A stretch of DNA of 64,000 nucleotides. Origin: a virus. The notes beneath the pieces are model-generated. The model worked only from the letters and a program-made list of their open reading frames with translations, was not told the origin of the DNA and did no database searches. Each line of letters opens with the position of its first letter. Position 1 is the first letter of the stretch. Positions 41,061 through 51,240 of this stretch are shown here, piece after piece. Location of the stretch: positions 13,606 through 77,605 of the IMG/VR virus record IMGVR_UViG_3300032240_002575, one strand, 5' to 3'. A program made the position numbers and the translations under genes.

Positions 41061-41222
41061 ATGAAAACCAAGAAAGAAATCAAAAACATAAAAATATCCC
41101 CCGAGTCCCACGAAATACTAAAAAAGTACTGTGATAAGAGGGGGATAAAAATTTATAAGTTTTTAGAAAACTTAATTATCGAAAAGTGTAAAGAAAAAAA
41201 AGATATATACGGAGAAGATTAA
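41061..41222 (+). CDS. Small ribbon-helix-helix-like DNA-binding protein (53 aa, below the ORF-track cutoff)
   Basis: MKTKKEIKNIKISPESHEILKKYCDKRGIKIYKFLENLIIEKC has an alternating beta strand, a helix, a Gly turn and a second helix. TATTTATA lies at 41019-41026. Confidence 0.6.
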   Translation: MKTKKEIKNIKISPESHEILKKYCDKRGIKIYKFLENLIIEKCKEKKDIYGED

Positions 41223-42262
41223 ACTAACTTGTTATCGAAAGTTATTTTAGATTCTTTTGAGTTGTCTATTTTGGTCACTTCTATTCTTAATATATCATTT
41301 GTGGTAATTTGAATTACATTAACATCACTACCATAATAATCATCATTAATATATACATCATAAGTTGATACGTTATCGGAACCAACAATTGACATGTTAG
41401 CTGTAAAATCAATCATATCAACTAATGTGGTATTACCCGATACAAATAAAAAATTGGTTTCAAACTCATTTGGGTTTTCAGGGTATTTGTTTCTTCTTTG
41501 TTTTCTTGTTGATGTATCTAACTCAAATAATTGTGTAATCCTTTGAATTGCGGGTTTAACTTCAAATTCATCCTCATCTATCAAATAACCCAACATTGTA
41601 AAGTCATAATTTTGAATATAATATTTTCTTGAATCAATAGTCAGTTGAGATTCATCAGATACATTATCTAATATAATTGGTACGTATTGACCTTTAATAA
41701 ATGTATAAGCTTGTCTTGATGCAAAGGTTTGCATTACCGTCTTATTAAGTTGGTTCAATTCTCTCATTCTATTACAAATGATTTTCATACTATATTTTAA
41801 ATCGATTGGAACTGGTTGCGGAATTGTATAAATGTCCATACCTTGTTCATTACCATTCCAAGTTGGAACCGACGCATAGTAAAATTGTTTTCTGTTTGGG
41901 ATATTATAAACTAAAGCAGGATTTGAACCGTACTTTACTTCAGGAATTCTAACCAAAGTAATAAATGGAGGTGATGGGTTAAAATCCAAATCTGTAAATA
42001 AAGCAGTTTCAGTATATTGTGCCCAATTTTGAGTTGTGATTATAATATCTAAAAAAGGAACCGTTTGTCCCGCGGTTACTACTTTCAACTCTTCTTTGCA
42101 AAAATTCAACATACCCTTATCCAAGTCAGCATGCAATACCGACTTTGGAAGGTAAGTTCCGTCATCTTTAATATATTCCAAAAGTTGTTCTCTTCTTGCA
42201 GATAACTCTTTCTTTGGAACTAAAGGTAATGTTGGTTTAACTATGTTTCTTGGTAACGGCAT
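41219..42262 (-). CDS. Tail terminator / sheath stabiliser-like (gp15-like) structural protein
   Basis: Pattern PVPIDLKY.M.I...RMRELNQL...F.MLGYL; positioned between neck and sheath genes. Confidence 0.55.
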   Translation of the reverse strand: MPLPRNIVKPTLPLVPKKELSARREQLLEYIKDDGTYLPKSVLHADLDKGMLNFCKEELKVVTAGQTVPFLDIIITTQNWAQYTETALFTDLDFNPSPPFITLVRIPEVKYGSNPALVYNIPNRKQFYYASVPTWNGNEQGMDIYTIPQPVPIDLKYSMKIICNRMRELNQLNKTVMQTFASRQAYTFIKGQYVPIILDNVSDESQLTIDSRKYYIQNYDFTMLGYLIDEDEFEVKPAIQRITQLFELDTSTRKQRRNKYPENPNEFETNFLFVSGNTTLVDMIDFTANMSIVGSDNVSTYDVYINDDYYGSDVNVIQITTNDILRIEVTKIDNSKESKITFDNKLV

Positions 42263-42266
42263 TTTA

Positions 42267-42677
42267 TTATTTTACAACAAACAGTTTATCTTTTGAATTT
42301 ATCATATCAATTTCCTGAGCTCGATATACAGGTTCTTCTGTATTTTTAAATACAAAAGTATCATATTTGTATGGGTTATAAGTTACAATCTTATCGGATG
42401 ACGGGTTTGGTATTTCATCACATGGATATTCACAATAATCTAACAATTTACCTATCACAAAGGCATGAACATTTTTCCTTTGTTCATCCCTAACTTTTTC
42501 TTTCCCTACTTGTCTAACTCTAAACTCAACGTCACCAAGTTTAACATAATCAGCATACATAATAACCTTACTATCGTATGTAACTGAAAAAGTATGTTTA
42601 TGTAAATTGTAATATACCATTACTTTTTTACCTAAAAACAAATTATCAAATTGTGATTCTGTAATAACAACTTTCAT
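42267..42677 (-). CDS. Hypothetical protein
   Basis: 136 aa with N-terminal MKVVITESQ and the motif VYYNLHK...KNVHAFV.G. Confidence 0.55.
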   Translation of the reverse strand: MKVVITESQFDNLFLGKKVMVYYNLHKHTFSVTYDSKVIMYADYVKLGDVEFRVRQVGKEKVRDEQRKNVHAFVIGKLLDYCEYPCDEIPNPSSDKIVTYNPYKYDTFVFKNTEEPVYRAQEIDMINSKDKLFVVK

Positions 42678-43189
42678 TATAATCCTCTAAATTCATTTTC
42701 ACTTACGTATGTTGCTGTTATAGTTCTATAAAAAGGTTTATAACCACCATAAGTATGTTTATTATCCGACTTAACAAGCCCGTCATCAATTACTGTGTAA
42801 TATCTAACTCGGTCTTCACTTTCATAATATCCAAAATAGTCACCCATATAAATGTTAACACCTAAATCATCAAGTGTTTTTTGATAAATAGAAAATTTCA
42901 TATTACCAGGTTCACCTTGTAATACTTTTGAACTACCAAGTAATTTGTTTGTTGGAGCCATAACTTGGACATAACCTTTAAGTTCAATCGGTGCCATAAA
43001 CTGAATGCCGTCCTCTAAAACTTCACCATAGACATCATCAGTTTTTGTCCTATATCTATCAACACGATATAATATTACGGTAAAGTTCATATCACCTAAC
43101 AACCACTCCTCACCCATACTAATATCCAAGGCATAATCTTCGGCTCCGAAGAATTTACCTAATCTTGTAATTGGAACTAATTTTTGCAT
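42677..43189 (-). CDS. Head closure / neck protein (gp14-like)
   Basis: Pattern TKTDDVYGE...PIEL...GDYF; lies near the tail terminator and neck genes. Confidence 0.5.
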   Translation of the reverse strand: MQKLVPITRLGKFFGAEDYALDISMGEEWLLGDMNFTVILYRVDRYRTKTDDVYGEVLEDGIQFMAPIELKGYVQVMAPTNKLLGSSKVLQGEPGNMKFSIYQKTLDDLGVNIYMGDYFGYYESEDRVRYYTVIDDGLVKSDNKHTYGGYKPFYRTITATYVSENEFRGL

Positions 43190-43245
43190 ATATTGATAAA
43201 TACTTTATTTTCACTTATATTTATTCAAACGTTTATTAAAAAAGA

Positions 43246-44997
43246 ATGGAAGTAAGTTTGGAGTCGAAAGCGATGGCGATTCTTGAAACATATGAAGGTG
43301 GTAACAACTACCTTTTAGAATTAAAACGTAAATCACAGATTAACAAAAAATTCTACCCGACAAGAAGCCAATCCGAATACATTATATCATTCCACGATAA
43401 GCAACCAAAGGTTGCCAAGAAGTGGGTGATTCTTGATGCTTACTTTGCCCAAAAGATGGCTGACGACAAGTTATACACAGAAATTCCGCAGAAAGTTTGG
43501 GTTGAAAAATTATTAGCAGATAAAGAAAAGGCTTACCATATTTGGGGAAAAGTTTTTGATAATGAAGAACTTCACGATTTTTGGTTACCAAAGGCTGCGA
43601 TTATTAAAGACAATTCTGTAAAGGATGTTGTTATCGATTATTCAAAATATTCCAAACGTCCTCCTCTCAACCACCAAAAAGAATCAATTCAAAAGTTAGT
43701 TGAAAACAAAAAATTTATTCTGGCTGACGACATGGGTCTTGGTAAAACAACTTCGACGATAATTGCGGCGTTAGAAACAGGAGCAAAAAAAGTTTTGATT
43801 ATTTGTCCAGCAACATTAAAAATTAACTGGAAAAGAGAAATTGAAAACTATTCAGACAGAAGTATTTTCATTGCTGAAGGTAAAAATTTCAGTACTGAAG
43901 CTGACTTCGTAATTACCAATTACGACATTATTAAAAATTTTCACGACCCGAAGAAAAAAGATGATTCACAAATTTTGGCATCAAATTTTGATTTGGTAAT
44001 TGTTGACGAAGCTCATTACATCAAGAACGCAACTGCTCAAAGAACAAAACTTATCAATGACATTGTTAAAAAAACTGAAAGGTTATGGATGTTGACAGGA
44101 ACCCCAATGACATCAAGACCGATGGATTATTTCAATTTGTTGAGTTTGGTTGAATCACCTGTCGCCAAGAACTGGATGGCCTACGCTATTAGATACTGCG
44201 CGGGTTATCAATTCAAAGTTGGGAACCGTAAAGTTTGGAACGTCACAGGTGCTTCAAATTTGGAAGAATTAAGAGACCGAACTTCAGGATTAACATTAAG
44301 ACGATTAAAAGAAAACGTTTTGGATTTACCTGACAAAATTATCACACCAGTTTACTTGAGACTAAAATCAAAACAATATGAAGAGGTCATGGGTGAATAC
44401 TATGATTGGTACGACAAAAACCCCGAAGAATCAAAATCACTAACGGTTCAGTTTTCCAAATTAACAAAAGTTAGACAAATCATTGCTGACGAAAAAATTG
44501 CACAAACAATTGAAATTGCGGAAAACATTTTGGAACAAGATAAAAAAGTAATCATCTTCTGTAACTTTACCGATTCGTTAAATAAAATTACCGAACATTT
44601 TGGAAAAGCTGCGGTTAAATTAGATGGTTCTATGACAAAACCTGAAAGACAACACTCGGTAGACCAATTCCAAGAAAACCCAAAGGTAAAAGTTTTTGTG
44701 GGTAATATTAAAGCTGCAGGTGTGGGAATTACATTGACCGCTGCGGAAGCTGTTATTATGAACGACCTGTCTTTTTTACCTTCAGACCATGCCCAAGCGG
44801 AAGACCGAGCGTACAGATACGGACAAAAAAATAATGTATTGGTTTATTACCCAATATTTGAAAACACAATCGAAGGTATTATCTACGATATTCTTAACAA
44901 CAAAAAACAAGTGATTGCTACCGTGATGGGTGATAACTTAAACCCAGCCGACGCAGCAGAAGAAATTCTTAAAAGAATTAACGACTTGCGAAAATAA
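43246..44997 (+). CDS. SNF2-family helicase/ATPase (SMARCAL1/HARP-like)
   Basis: Motifs LADDMGLGKT, DEAH, LTGTP, GVGITLTAA and QAEDRAYRYGQ. Confidence 0.9.
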   Translation: MEVSLESKAMAILETYEGGNNYLLELKRKSQINKKFYPTRSQSEYIISFHDKQPKVAKKWVILDAYFAQKMADDKLYTEIPQKVWVEKLLADKEKAYHIWGKVFDNEELHDFWLPKAAIIKDNSVKDVVIDYSKYSKRPPLNHQKESIQKLVENKKFILADDMGLGKTTSTIIAALETGAKKVLIICPATLKINWKREIENYSDRSIFIAEGKNFSTEADFVITNYDIIKNFHDPKKKDDSQILASNFDLVIVDEAHYIKNATAQRTKLINDIVKKTERLWMLTGTPMTSRPMDYFNLLSLVESPVAKNWMAYAIRYCAGYQFKVGNRKVWNVTGASNLEELRDRTSGLTLRRLKENVLDLPDKIITPVYLRLKSKQYEEVMGEYYDWYDKNPEESKSLTVQFSKLTKVRQIIADEKIAQTIEIAENILEQDKKVIIFCNFTDSLNKITEHFGKAAVKLDGSMTKPERQHSVDQFQENPKVKVFVGNIKAAGVGITLTAAEAVIMNDLSFLPSDHAQAEDRAYRYGQKNNVLVYYPIFENTIEGIIYDILNNKKQVIATVMGDNLNPADAAEEILKRINDLRK

Positions 44998-45038
44998 GAA
45001 ACAACGGATTATTTATATAAAACGGATAATCCAATTTT

Positions 45039-46565
45039 ATGAAAAAAACAGAAGAAAAAATCCAACAACTCGAAACACAAATACTTGAAAACCACGTTAA
45101 CAAAGAGAAGGAGTTGTTGATTACAGAAATGAAAAAAATAGGGATAGAAAAATTACCTTACTCCTATTCAGCCTTGAAACAGTTTATTGACCCAGAAACA
45201 ATGAACTTCCATTACAACAAACATTACAAGGGATACGTGGATAAACTTAACGATGCGTTATCAAAAAAGAAATACGGGGATTTAGATTTAGAAAAAATCA
45301 TCAAGACCATAAGTCGTTTTGATAAGGATATAAGAAATAATGCTGGTGGAGCATTTAACCACGCACTGTTTTGGAACATGTTAACCCCTGAACCAAAAAA
45401 ATTAGATGGTGAACTTTATAAAAAGATAACCAAACAATGGGGAACCTTTACAAATTTCAAAAAGGAATTTGAAAAACAAGCCAAAGATAGATTCGGGTCA
45501 GGATGGGTATGGTTAGTATTAACTTCAAAAAATACTTTGAAAATTATGTCTACTCCCAACCAAGACAATCCTTTAATGAATGTGATTGAAAATGGTGGAT
45601 TCCCATTACTTGGGTTAGACTTGTGGGAACACGCTTATTATTTGAAATATAAAAACAAAAGAGACGAGTACATCGCAAACTTTTGGAAAGTAGTCAATTG
45701 GGATTTTGTAAGTAAAATGTACGAAATGAAAATTGAAACAAAGTTAGCCGAATCTACAAAAATGAAACAAGTTTTGAGTGAAGGAAAATCTGAAATGTGC
45801 TCCCAATCGGAAAATGAATTTTACAGAGTTTTGTTTAATGTAAATTCAGATGTTAAATGGACATTCATGAATGGTATAAACAAAATCATAAAAGAAGTTT
45901 TCCCTGAAAACTACATATCAAATCCTGAAAACGATGAACTTCCAGGTGTTTATAATCTTGAAGGACCCGGTAGGTCTGTAATAAATAAATTGAACACGAA
46001 TTATACTGCATTTTGTATTTTAGTCAAAGACATCAACAAAGTCATTGCAACAATTCCAATCAAATTTACCGATAAAACACCAGCACAACAAAGAAAAGAA
46101 GTTGAAAGATTTGTAAAAACCATTGACCATTTCAAATATAGAATATTTGATAAAGACAGCTCAACTTTACATAACTTATTAAGAACCCTAACGGAAAAAA
46201 ATAAAGCCGGTTCAAAAAGAGAGGAAATCACCGCAGCAATCATGAGACGATATTTTGGTGACAAAGTTCAAGTTGATGTTGTTGGAGAGTTGGGAAGTAA
46301 AAAAGATGCGATTCAAGGAGTAGATTTGGAACTGACAAAAGAAGATGGTCAAAAATACACAGCTCAAATCAAACCTTTTAGGAATATGATTGTTGGTGAA
46401 GACGGGATAACTTTGGAAGGGACTGCAAGTGTTAAAATTTACAACACCGATTTGATGATTTTCCAAAAAGGAAAAAATGTTTTGATATTCAATAAAAAAC
46501 CAAAAATAGTAAAAGGTAATTTTGTTTTTCCTGTTGATTCGTTGATGTATAATATACAATCATAA
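45039..46565 (+). CDS. Fe/Mn superoxide dismutase fused to a C-terminal PD-(D/E)XK-like domain
   Basis: SOD motifs LPYSYSAL, HYNKH, NHALFW, FGSGW and DLWEHAYY contain all four metal ligands. The roughly 280 aa extension carries E...D..QGVD...AQIK. Confidence 0.85.
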   Translation: MKKTEEKIQQLETQILENHVNKEKELLITEMKKIGIEKLPYSYSALKQFIDPETMNFHYNKHYKGYVDKLNDALSKKKYGDLDLEKIIKTISRFDKDIRNNAGGAFNHALFWNMLTPEPKKLDGELYKKITKQWGTFTNFKKEFEKQAKDRFGSGWVWLVLTSKNTLKIMSTPNQDNPLMNVIENGGFPLLGLDLWEHAYYLKYKNKRDEYIANFWKVVNWDFVSKMYEMKIETKLAESTKMKQVLSEGKSEMCSQSENEFYRVLFNVNSDVKWTFMNGINKIIKEVFPENYISNPENDELPGVYNLEGPGRSVINKLNTNYTAFCILVKDINKVIATIPIKFTDKTPAQQRKEVERFVKTIDHFKYRIFDKDSSTLHNLLRTLTEKNKAGSKREEITAAIMRRYFGDKVQVDVVGELGSKKDAIQGVDLELTKEDGQKYTAQIKPFRNMIVGEDGITLEGTASVKIYNTDLMIFQKGKNVLIFNKKPKIVKGNFVFPVDSLMYNIQS

Positions 46566-46586
46566 ACTAAAAGATATTTATTAGAT

Positions 46587-47708
46587 ATGTCAGTTATACC
46601 AGAACCAGAAAGGTCAAAAATTTATACCAGAATTAAACACTTGTTGGGCGCACCAATTAGAAGTGTAGAAATCGAAGATGAGATGATGGATTCTTTGATG
46701 GAATTATCTATTCAAGATTATGAAGAATATGTTTTGAATTGGTTAATTGATAGTCAATGGGTTAACTTAGTTAATCTTAATATGACTGAGAAATCTGTTG
46801 CAAAAGCATTGATTACAAGAACAATGGATTTTGAACAACAGTTTTCATACGCATATTCAAAGATTGTTGGATTACAAGCTCAAGGGCCTTGGGTATTAAA
46901 GAAAGATTATATCATTCTTGAAGAGAATAAACAAAACTACGAAATTCCAGCTGGTCGTGAAATTAATGAAGTTTTATGGTTCAGTAATCAACCGTGGACC
47001 GCATTTGGTTTAGGTGGTATTGGTGGATTTGGTGGTGTTGGTTTAGGTGCCAACGAAGCAGGTTTCGCCCAAATGGGTTATCAAGGTTCTTACTTTATGA
47101 TGTCAGGTTTTGACTACTTAATAAGAATGCAAGAAGCAAATATTTTGAACAGAATTCTTGGTGGTCAATTAACTTATAGAATTACCGCATTACCTGACGG
47201 TAAAAAAGATTTACAACTATACAACGCTCCTGGTAATAATTTTAATTGGAATAATTATAGTGGTTATGTTGGTAAAGCAGTTTGGTATTGGTATTATGAT
47301 GTAACTCCTGATAGTAGAGCAGATTGTTTGAAAAACAACCCTGACGTAATCAAAATGCCAAATGATGTTCCTTTGCAAGAACTTACTTGGACGGACTTGA
47401 ATGTTCCGGCACAACAATGGGTAAGAAGATGGTTTACCGCTTATGTGAAAGAAACTTTAGCTAGAGTTAGAGGAAAATATAGTGGTAATTTGAAAACACC
47501 TGATTCTGAAATTACAATGGACTACACAAGTTTATTGACAGAAGCAAAAGATGAGAAATCAAAATTATTAGAAGAACTAACAGGTCCTGAAGGTTGGTTA
47601 ACAAGATTAAGACCTGAAAAAGTTATGGAAAGAGAAGCATTGATTGCAGAGAACTTAAACAAACAAATGAAGTTCAGAGCAATGCCTCGTCAAATATATG
47701 TAATTTAA
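46587..47708 (+). CDS. Neck / head-tail adaptor protein (gp13-like)
   Basis: N-terminal IKHLLGAPIRSVEIEDE and C-terminal WVRRW..A.VKE.LARVRGKY...EAK.EK..L.EEL are typical of gp13-like proteins. Confidence 0.7.
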   Translation: MSVIPEPERSKIYTRIKHLLGAPIRSVEIEDEMMDSLMELSIQDYEEYVLNWLIDSQWVNLVNLNMTEKSVAKALITRTMDFEQQFSYAYSKIVGLQAQGPWVLKKDYIILEENKQNYEIPAGREINEVLWFSNQPWTAFGLGGIGGFGGVGLGANEAGFAQMGYQGSYFMMSGFDYLIRMQEANILNRILGGQLTYRITALPDGKKDLQLYNAPGNNFNWNNYSGYVGKAVWYWYYDVTPDSRADCLKNNPDVIKMPNDVPLQELTWTDLNVPAQQWVRRWFTAYVKETLARVRGKYSGNLKTPDSEITMDYTSLLTEAKDEKSKLLEELTGPEGWLTRLRPEKVMEREALIAENLNKQMKFRAMPRQIYVI

Positions 47709-47712
47709 TATT

Positions 47713-48048
47713 ATGGCAATTATAAGAACAATACCCTCAAGGAGAATTATAAACGGAGAAGTTATAAATACATCAGAAATTTCTATAGTTTCTGAAAAAG
47801 AATACGTTACAAACGGTGAAGAATGTATCATTGTAAGAAATGTTGCAGAATCTACAATCATTTTGGATTCTAAAACAACTGACCACACTGTGGTAAAAGC
47901 AATGACAAGAATAACAATCAAACCGGACACTGGTAAAATAGATGAGGACTACGATGAAATCGTTGCCGACAAATACGCTTGTATTGAGTTTAGATTCTGC
48001 TCGGGTAACTGGTACATCTTATCTTCAGACGGTCTGAAGAACTCCTAA
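47713..48048 (+). CDS. Hypothetical protein (beta-rich, tail-fibre-like module)
   Basis: 111 aa ending in WYILS; overlaps the convergent polymerase stop. Confidence 0.5.
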   Translation: MAIIRTIPSRRIINGEVINTSEISIVSEKEYVTNGEECIIVRNVAESTIILDSKTTDHTVVKAMTRITIKPDTGKIDEDYDEIVADKYACIEFRFCSGNWYILSSDGLKNS

Positions 48049-50754
48049 TTTAGTTTCCCAACCTTCTTCCGCTAAATCATACATGTAATTAGGTTTCAAA
48101 CCTCGTTTTTCCCAGTATGACATTTCAGCATCTGTAATGGTTAATACATCTTCCAATTTATCTTGGTCTGCTTCTTCAAAAGGTTGACCATTAATAAGCT
48201 CACATTGTGATGTGGTAAATATTCCTCTTTTTTCGGGTTCATTTACAATCAAACCATTTCTAACATCTTCCTTGAAACAAACCAACAAAGGCTCAATTCT
48301 TTTATTGAACGTTGTTATTGCTCTTGGAACATTGTAGTCACCTGTTAAGTTAGGGTCATTATCCAAAATGTCTTTATCCAACATATAACAATTAATCTGA
48401 ACACCGTCACCTTTCTTCTGAACATCACCATGTGAGGCTTTAACTCCGTTGTTAACATACATGATTACATCACCCAAACTAACATTAAGATTAGCAGCCA
48501 TTGCAAGTTCCATATGAGCCATACGACTCATACTGTTACCTGCTTTAGTTTTTTCTGTTAGACGTTTTTTGTAATCTTCCATAGTCAATTTGACTTTGGC
48601 TCTTTGTGCAATTTTACTCAAAGGAATTTGTTTGTCATAAATCTTTTGTAAGTATTCATAATAATATTCAACAAAAGACTTACCATCACCTTCCAATAAC
48701 ATCTTCACTCCTTTATCCAAAAATTCCTCTATGTATAGTGGTAGTTTCTTGGATTTGATACTATTACCTGTTAATTTGATTTTTCCTTTGGCATCCATAA
48801 CCGCATAATTTTTACGAGCCAAGTTAATACATGAAGGCCAAACCCCATCCGTATCAAGAGCCATTTCACCTCTCATGAATATATCGTTGTACTCGGCAAC
48901 ATCAGCCTCAGGACCATAATACTCTTTACCTAACTTAACTTTCCAATTTAGACCACGACCAACATAAACTCGGTCTTTTGCTTCAGGAGGAGTTGAGAAG
49001 TTAACACCGTCCGTATCCATTACCAATGGAACATATCCTTTGGACATAAAGAACTTAATCATCTGACGAAGGTATTGTCTACCCGTACAAGTGATTTGTT
49101 CTCCCATGTACATGTCACCCCAAGCATAAACCTGTGGAGCTGACAACGCACCGAACATTGAGTTGATGAAGATTTTGATAGGTAATTGTTTGTTCCCGTA
49201 AGATTCAGATTTTTTACGGTCTGTTTCGTAGTATTGTTCGGCCAATTGTTTGTATTTGATACGGGTATCACGGAACCATTTCAACATTCCTTTCATTGCA
49301 CCTGTTACGTCACAATCAGGGAATACATCATGTACCAACTGAATAGATGGGTATAGAGACGAGAAGTCAAGTTTCAATACATCTTTAGAGTAACCAACCT
49401 TAAGTAGTCGAGAAAGACCTCCTACGAAGTCAGTTTTACCTTGTTTTGCTGGTATTGCAAGTCCATGTTTGTATGACCAAGCCAACATCAACATTTTCCA
49501 TAATGTGGCGGTACCCATGGTAGAAACCCTTTCATACGTTGTTGGAATCATCGCAGCTAGCAAGAACGAACCTTGATTGAACTCTTGGTCAACCTTTAGG
49601 GTTTCATCCAAGTCATCGTCAAGATACATTTCAACTAATTTGTCACCTGTAATCTTTTTGTATATGTCACTACGTTTTTCACAAACCTCATCAATCTTTG
49701 GGTCTGCTCCAACTTTTTTATAGTTACCATTTTTTTCATTCAACCAATATTCTTCTTTTTTTACATAGAATGGGCCGATGTCCAAATGGTCAATGTAAAC
49801 ACGGTCAGGTGCCTCGGCGTTAATGTATTTGGTTATGTATTTCAAACCTGCGGCCTTGATACTTGAGTTAATCGCTTGAGCCCTACGAACAGCATGGATA
49901 ATATCAATTACGTTATAACCCCAAATTGAAGTTTGAGTAAATGTCTCAACCTCATTTGCAAGTTTCAACATACTATCTTTTCTTGTAAATGAATGGTCTG
50001 GGTGCAGTGACTTACATATTTTTCTTGGGTCAATTCCCAAAATTTTACATCTTTCAAAAATCCAATGCCAGTCGAAGTTTGCCGAGTTATACCCACCAAT
50101 GATACTTGGTTTTAATTCATTGATAACCTTAAAGAATTCAATGATGGCATTCTTTTCTTCCGCCTCATCCATACATTCGATAACTCGGTGATATCCCTTG
50201 TTTGTCTTAATTCCAATCATGAAGATACGACCATCCTTTGGTTCAAGTGCGGTTGTTTCCAAGTCATATACAAGTCGAGTCACTTCGTCATAATTTTCGA
50301 AGCCCTTAAATAAACGTTTTTCTTTTGAGATTAGATATTGTTCTACAGGAGGTAGAATCATTACTTTGTCTTTTGTTTTCTCACCCCACGGGTCACACCC
50401 GCCGTCTCTGAAGAACTGAATAAGTTCTCTATAACCCTTTAAGGATTTAACCATAAATGTTAAACCTTTTTGTAGTCTTTCATTACCGTGAGTTTCTAAT
50501 TTATCTATAACAATTCCATATTTTGTCATAGCTTCTTTTTGCGCCGCTTTGGAATCATTATAAAACTTGATTCCACGTAAATCACCCACCCATGCAAATG
50601 GGGTAAATGTATCCTTACGGATTTCTTTTCCTTTACCAGGAATTTCTTTGATTTTGTAAATGGAGTTGGATGCGTAATCGAATTCTATTGCAACAATGAA
50701 TTCTTCGGGGTCGTTACCGTGTAAAAACGATTCGATTTCTTCGTTTGATATCAT
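48025..50754 (-). CDS. DNA polymerase, family B
   Basis: Exonuclease motifs YDLETT, GYNSANFD and YLDDD; polymerase motifs DFSSLYPS, KIFINSMFG, DTDG and KNY. Confidence 0.93.
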   Translation of the reverse strand: MISNEEIESFLHGNDPEEFIVAIEFDYASNSIYKIKEIPGKGKEIRKDTFTPFAWVGDLRGIKFYNDSKAAQKEAMTKYGIVIDKLETHGNERLQKGLTFMVKSLKGYRELIQFFRDGGCDPWGEKTKDKVMILPPVEQYLISKEKRLFKGFENYDEVTRLVYDLETTALEPKDGRIFMIGIKTNKGYHRVIECMDEAEEKNAIIEFFKVINELKPSIIGGYNSANFDWHWIFERCKILGIDPRKICKSLHPDHSFTRKDSMLKLANEVETFTQTSIWGYNVIDIIHAVRRAQAINSSIKAAGLKYITKYINAEAPDRVYIDHLDIGPFYVKKEEYWLNEKNGNYKKVGADPKIDEVCEKRSDIYKKITGDKLVEMYLDDDLDETLKVDQEFNQGSFLLAAMIPTTYERVSTMGTATLWKMLMLAWSYKHGLAIPAKQGKTDFVGGLSRLLKVGYSKDVLKLDFSSLYPSIQLVHDVFPDCDVTGAMKGMLKWFRDTRIKYKQLAEQYYETDRKKSESYGNKQLPIKIFINSMFGALSAPQVYAWGDMYMGEQITCTGRQYLRQMIKFFMSKGYVPLVMDTDGVNFSTPPEAKDRVYVGRGLNWKVKLGKEYYGPEADVAEYNDIFMRGEMALDTDGVWPSCINLARKNYAVMDAKGKIKLTGNSIKSKKLPLYIEEFLDKGVKMLLEGDGKSFVEYYYEYLQKIYDKQIPLSKIAQRAKVKLTMEDYKKRLTEKTKAGNSMSRMAHMELAMAANLNVSLGDVIMYVNNGVKASHGDVQKKGDGVQINCYMLDKDILDNDPNLTGDYNVPRAITTFNKRIEPLLVCFKEDVRNGLIVNEPEKRGIFTTSQCELINGQPFEEADQDKLEDVLTITDAEMSYWEKRGLKPNYMYDLAEEGWETKLGVLQTV

Positions 50755-50846
50755 AATTTATAAATTTAGAGTGGTTCATTAGCTTTCACACCATCGTGAA
50801 ATTTACCTTCCTCTATAAATATAAAATAAATAAACTAGTAATCAAA

Positions 50847-51224
50847 TTAACAACAAGCAGTTTGTGAAATAAAACTTGGTTGGATATTGATGTATAATTC
50901 TTCTCTGATTGGTAGAATCAAACTCCCTTCATCATTTTTAATCAAAAATTGACCTTGATATCTTCCAGGCGTGTTTGTGTCTCTTGAAGTGAATTGGAAG
51001 TAAACATAGTATTCAGGAGTCGCTCCCAAAGGTAAAATTAAAGGAACAATACTACAAGGTGCTGAAACAATTTTAGGAATTCCTGTTTCAACCTCTATCA
51101 TTGTAAAAAAAATTGTGGAAACAGCTAAATCTTCCATCAGTTGTAGATAACCTGCTCTACCATCTTTAACAACCTGCATTTTTAATACAGGAAGAGTTGC
51201 ATTTTGCTTTATGTAAAATTCCAT
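50847..51224 (-). CDS. BppU N-terminal-like beta-sandwich protein
   Basis: Pattern FYIKQNATLP.L...Y.F...DT..PG.Y.GQF.I......LP. Confidence 0.5.
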   Translation of the reverse strand: MEFYIKQNATLPVLKMQVVKDGRAGYLQLMEDLAVSTIFFTMIEVETGIPKIVSAPCSIVPLILPLGATPEYYVYFQFTSRDTNTPGRYQGQFLIKNDEGSLILPIREELYINIQPSFISQTACC

Positions 51225-51240
51225 AACAATAAATATATTG

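Noticed and set aside
10329-43189. Extracellular contractile injection system or tailocin rather than a phage
   Set aside because: Neck and head-closure genes plus a full replication set (PolB, helicase, SSB, RecA, RNR) are interleaved with the tail genes, indicating a phage genome.
12931-50754. Inteins or group I introns in the RNR, helicase, RecA or polymerase genes
   Set aside because: The ORFs are continuous and of normal length, with no Cys...His-Asn intein ends or homing endonuclease motifs seen.
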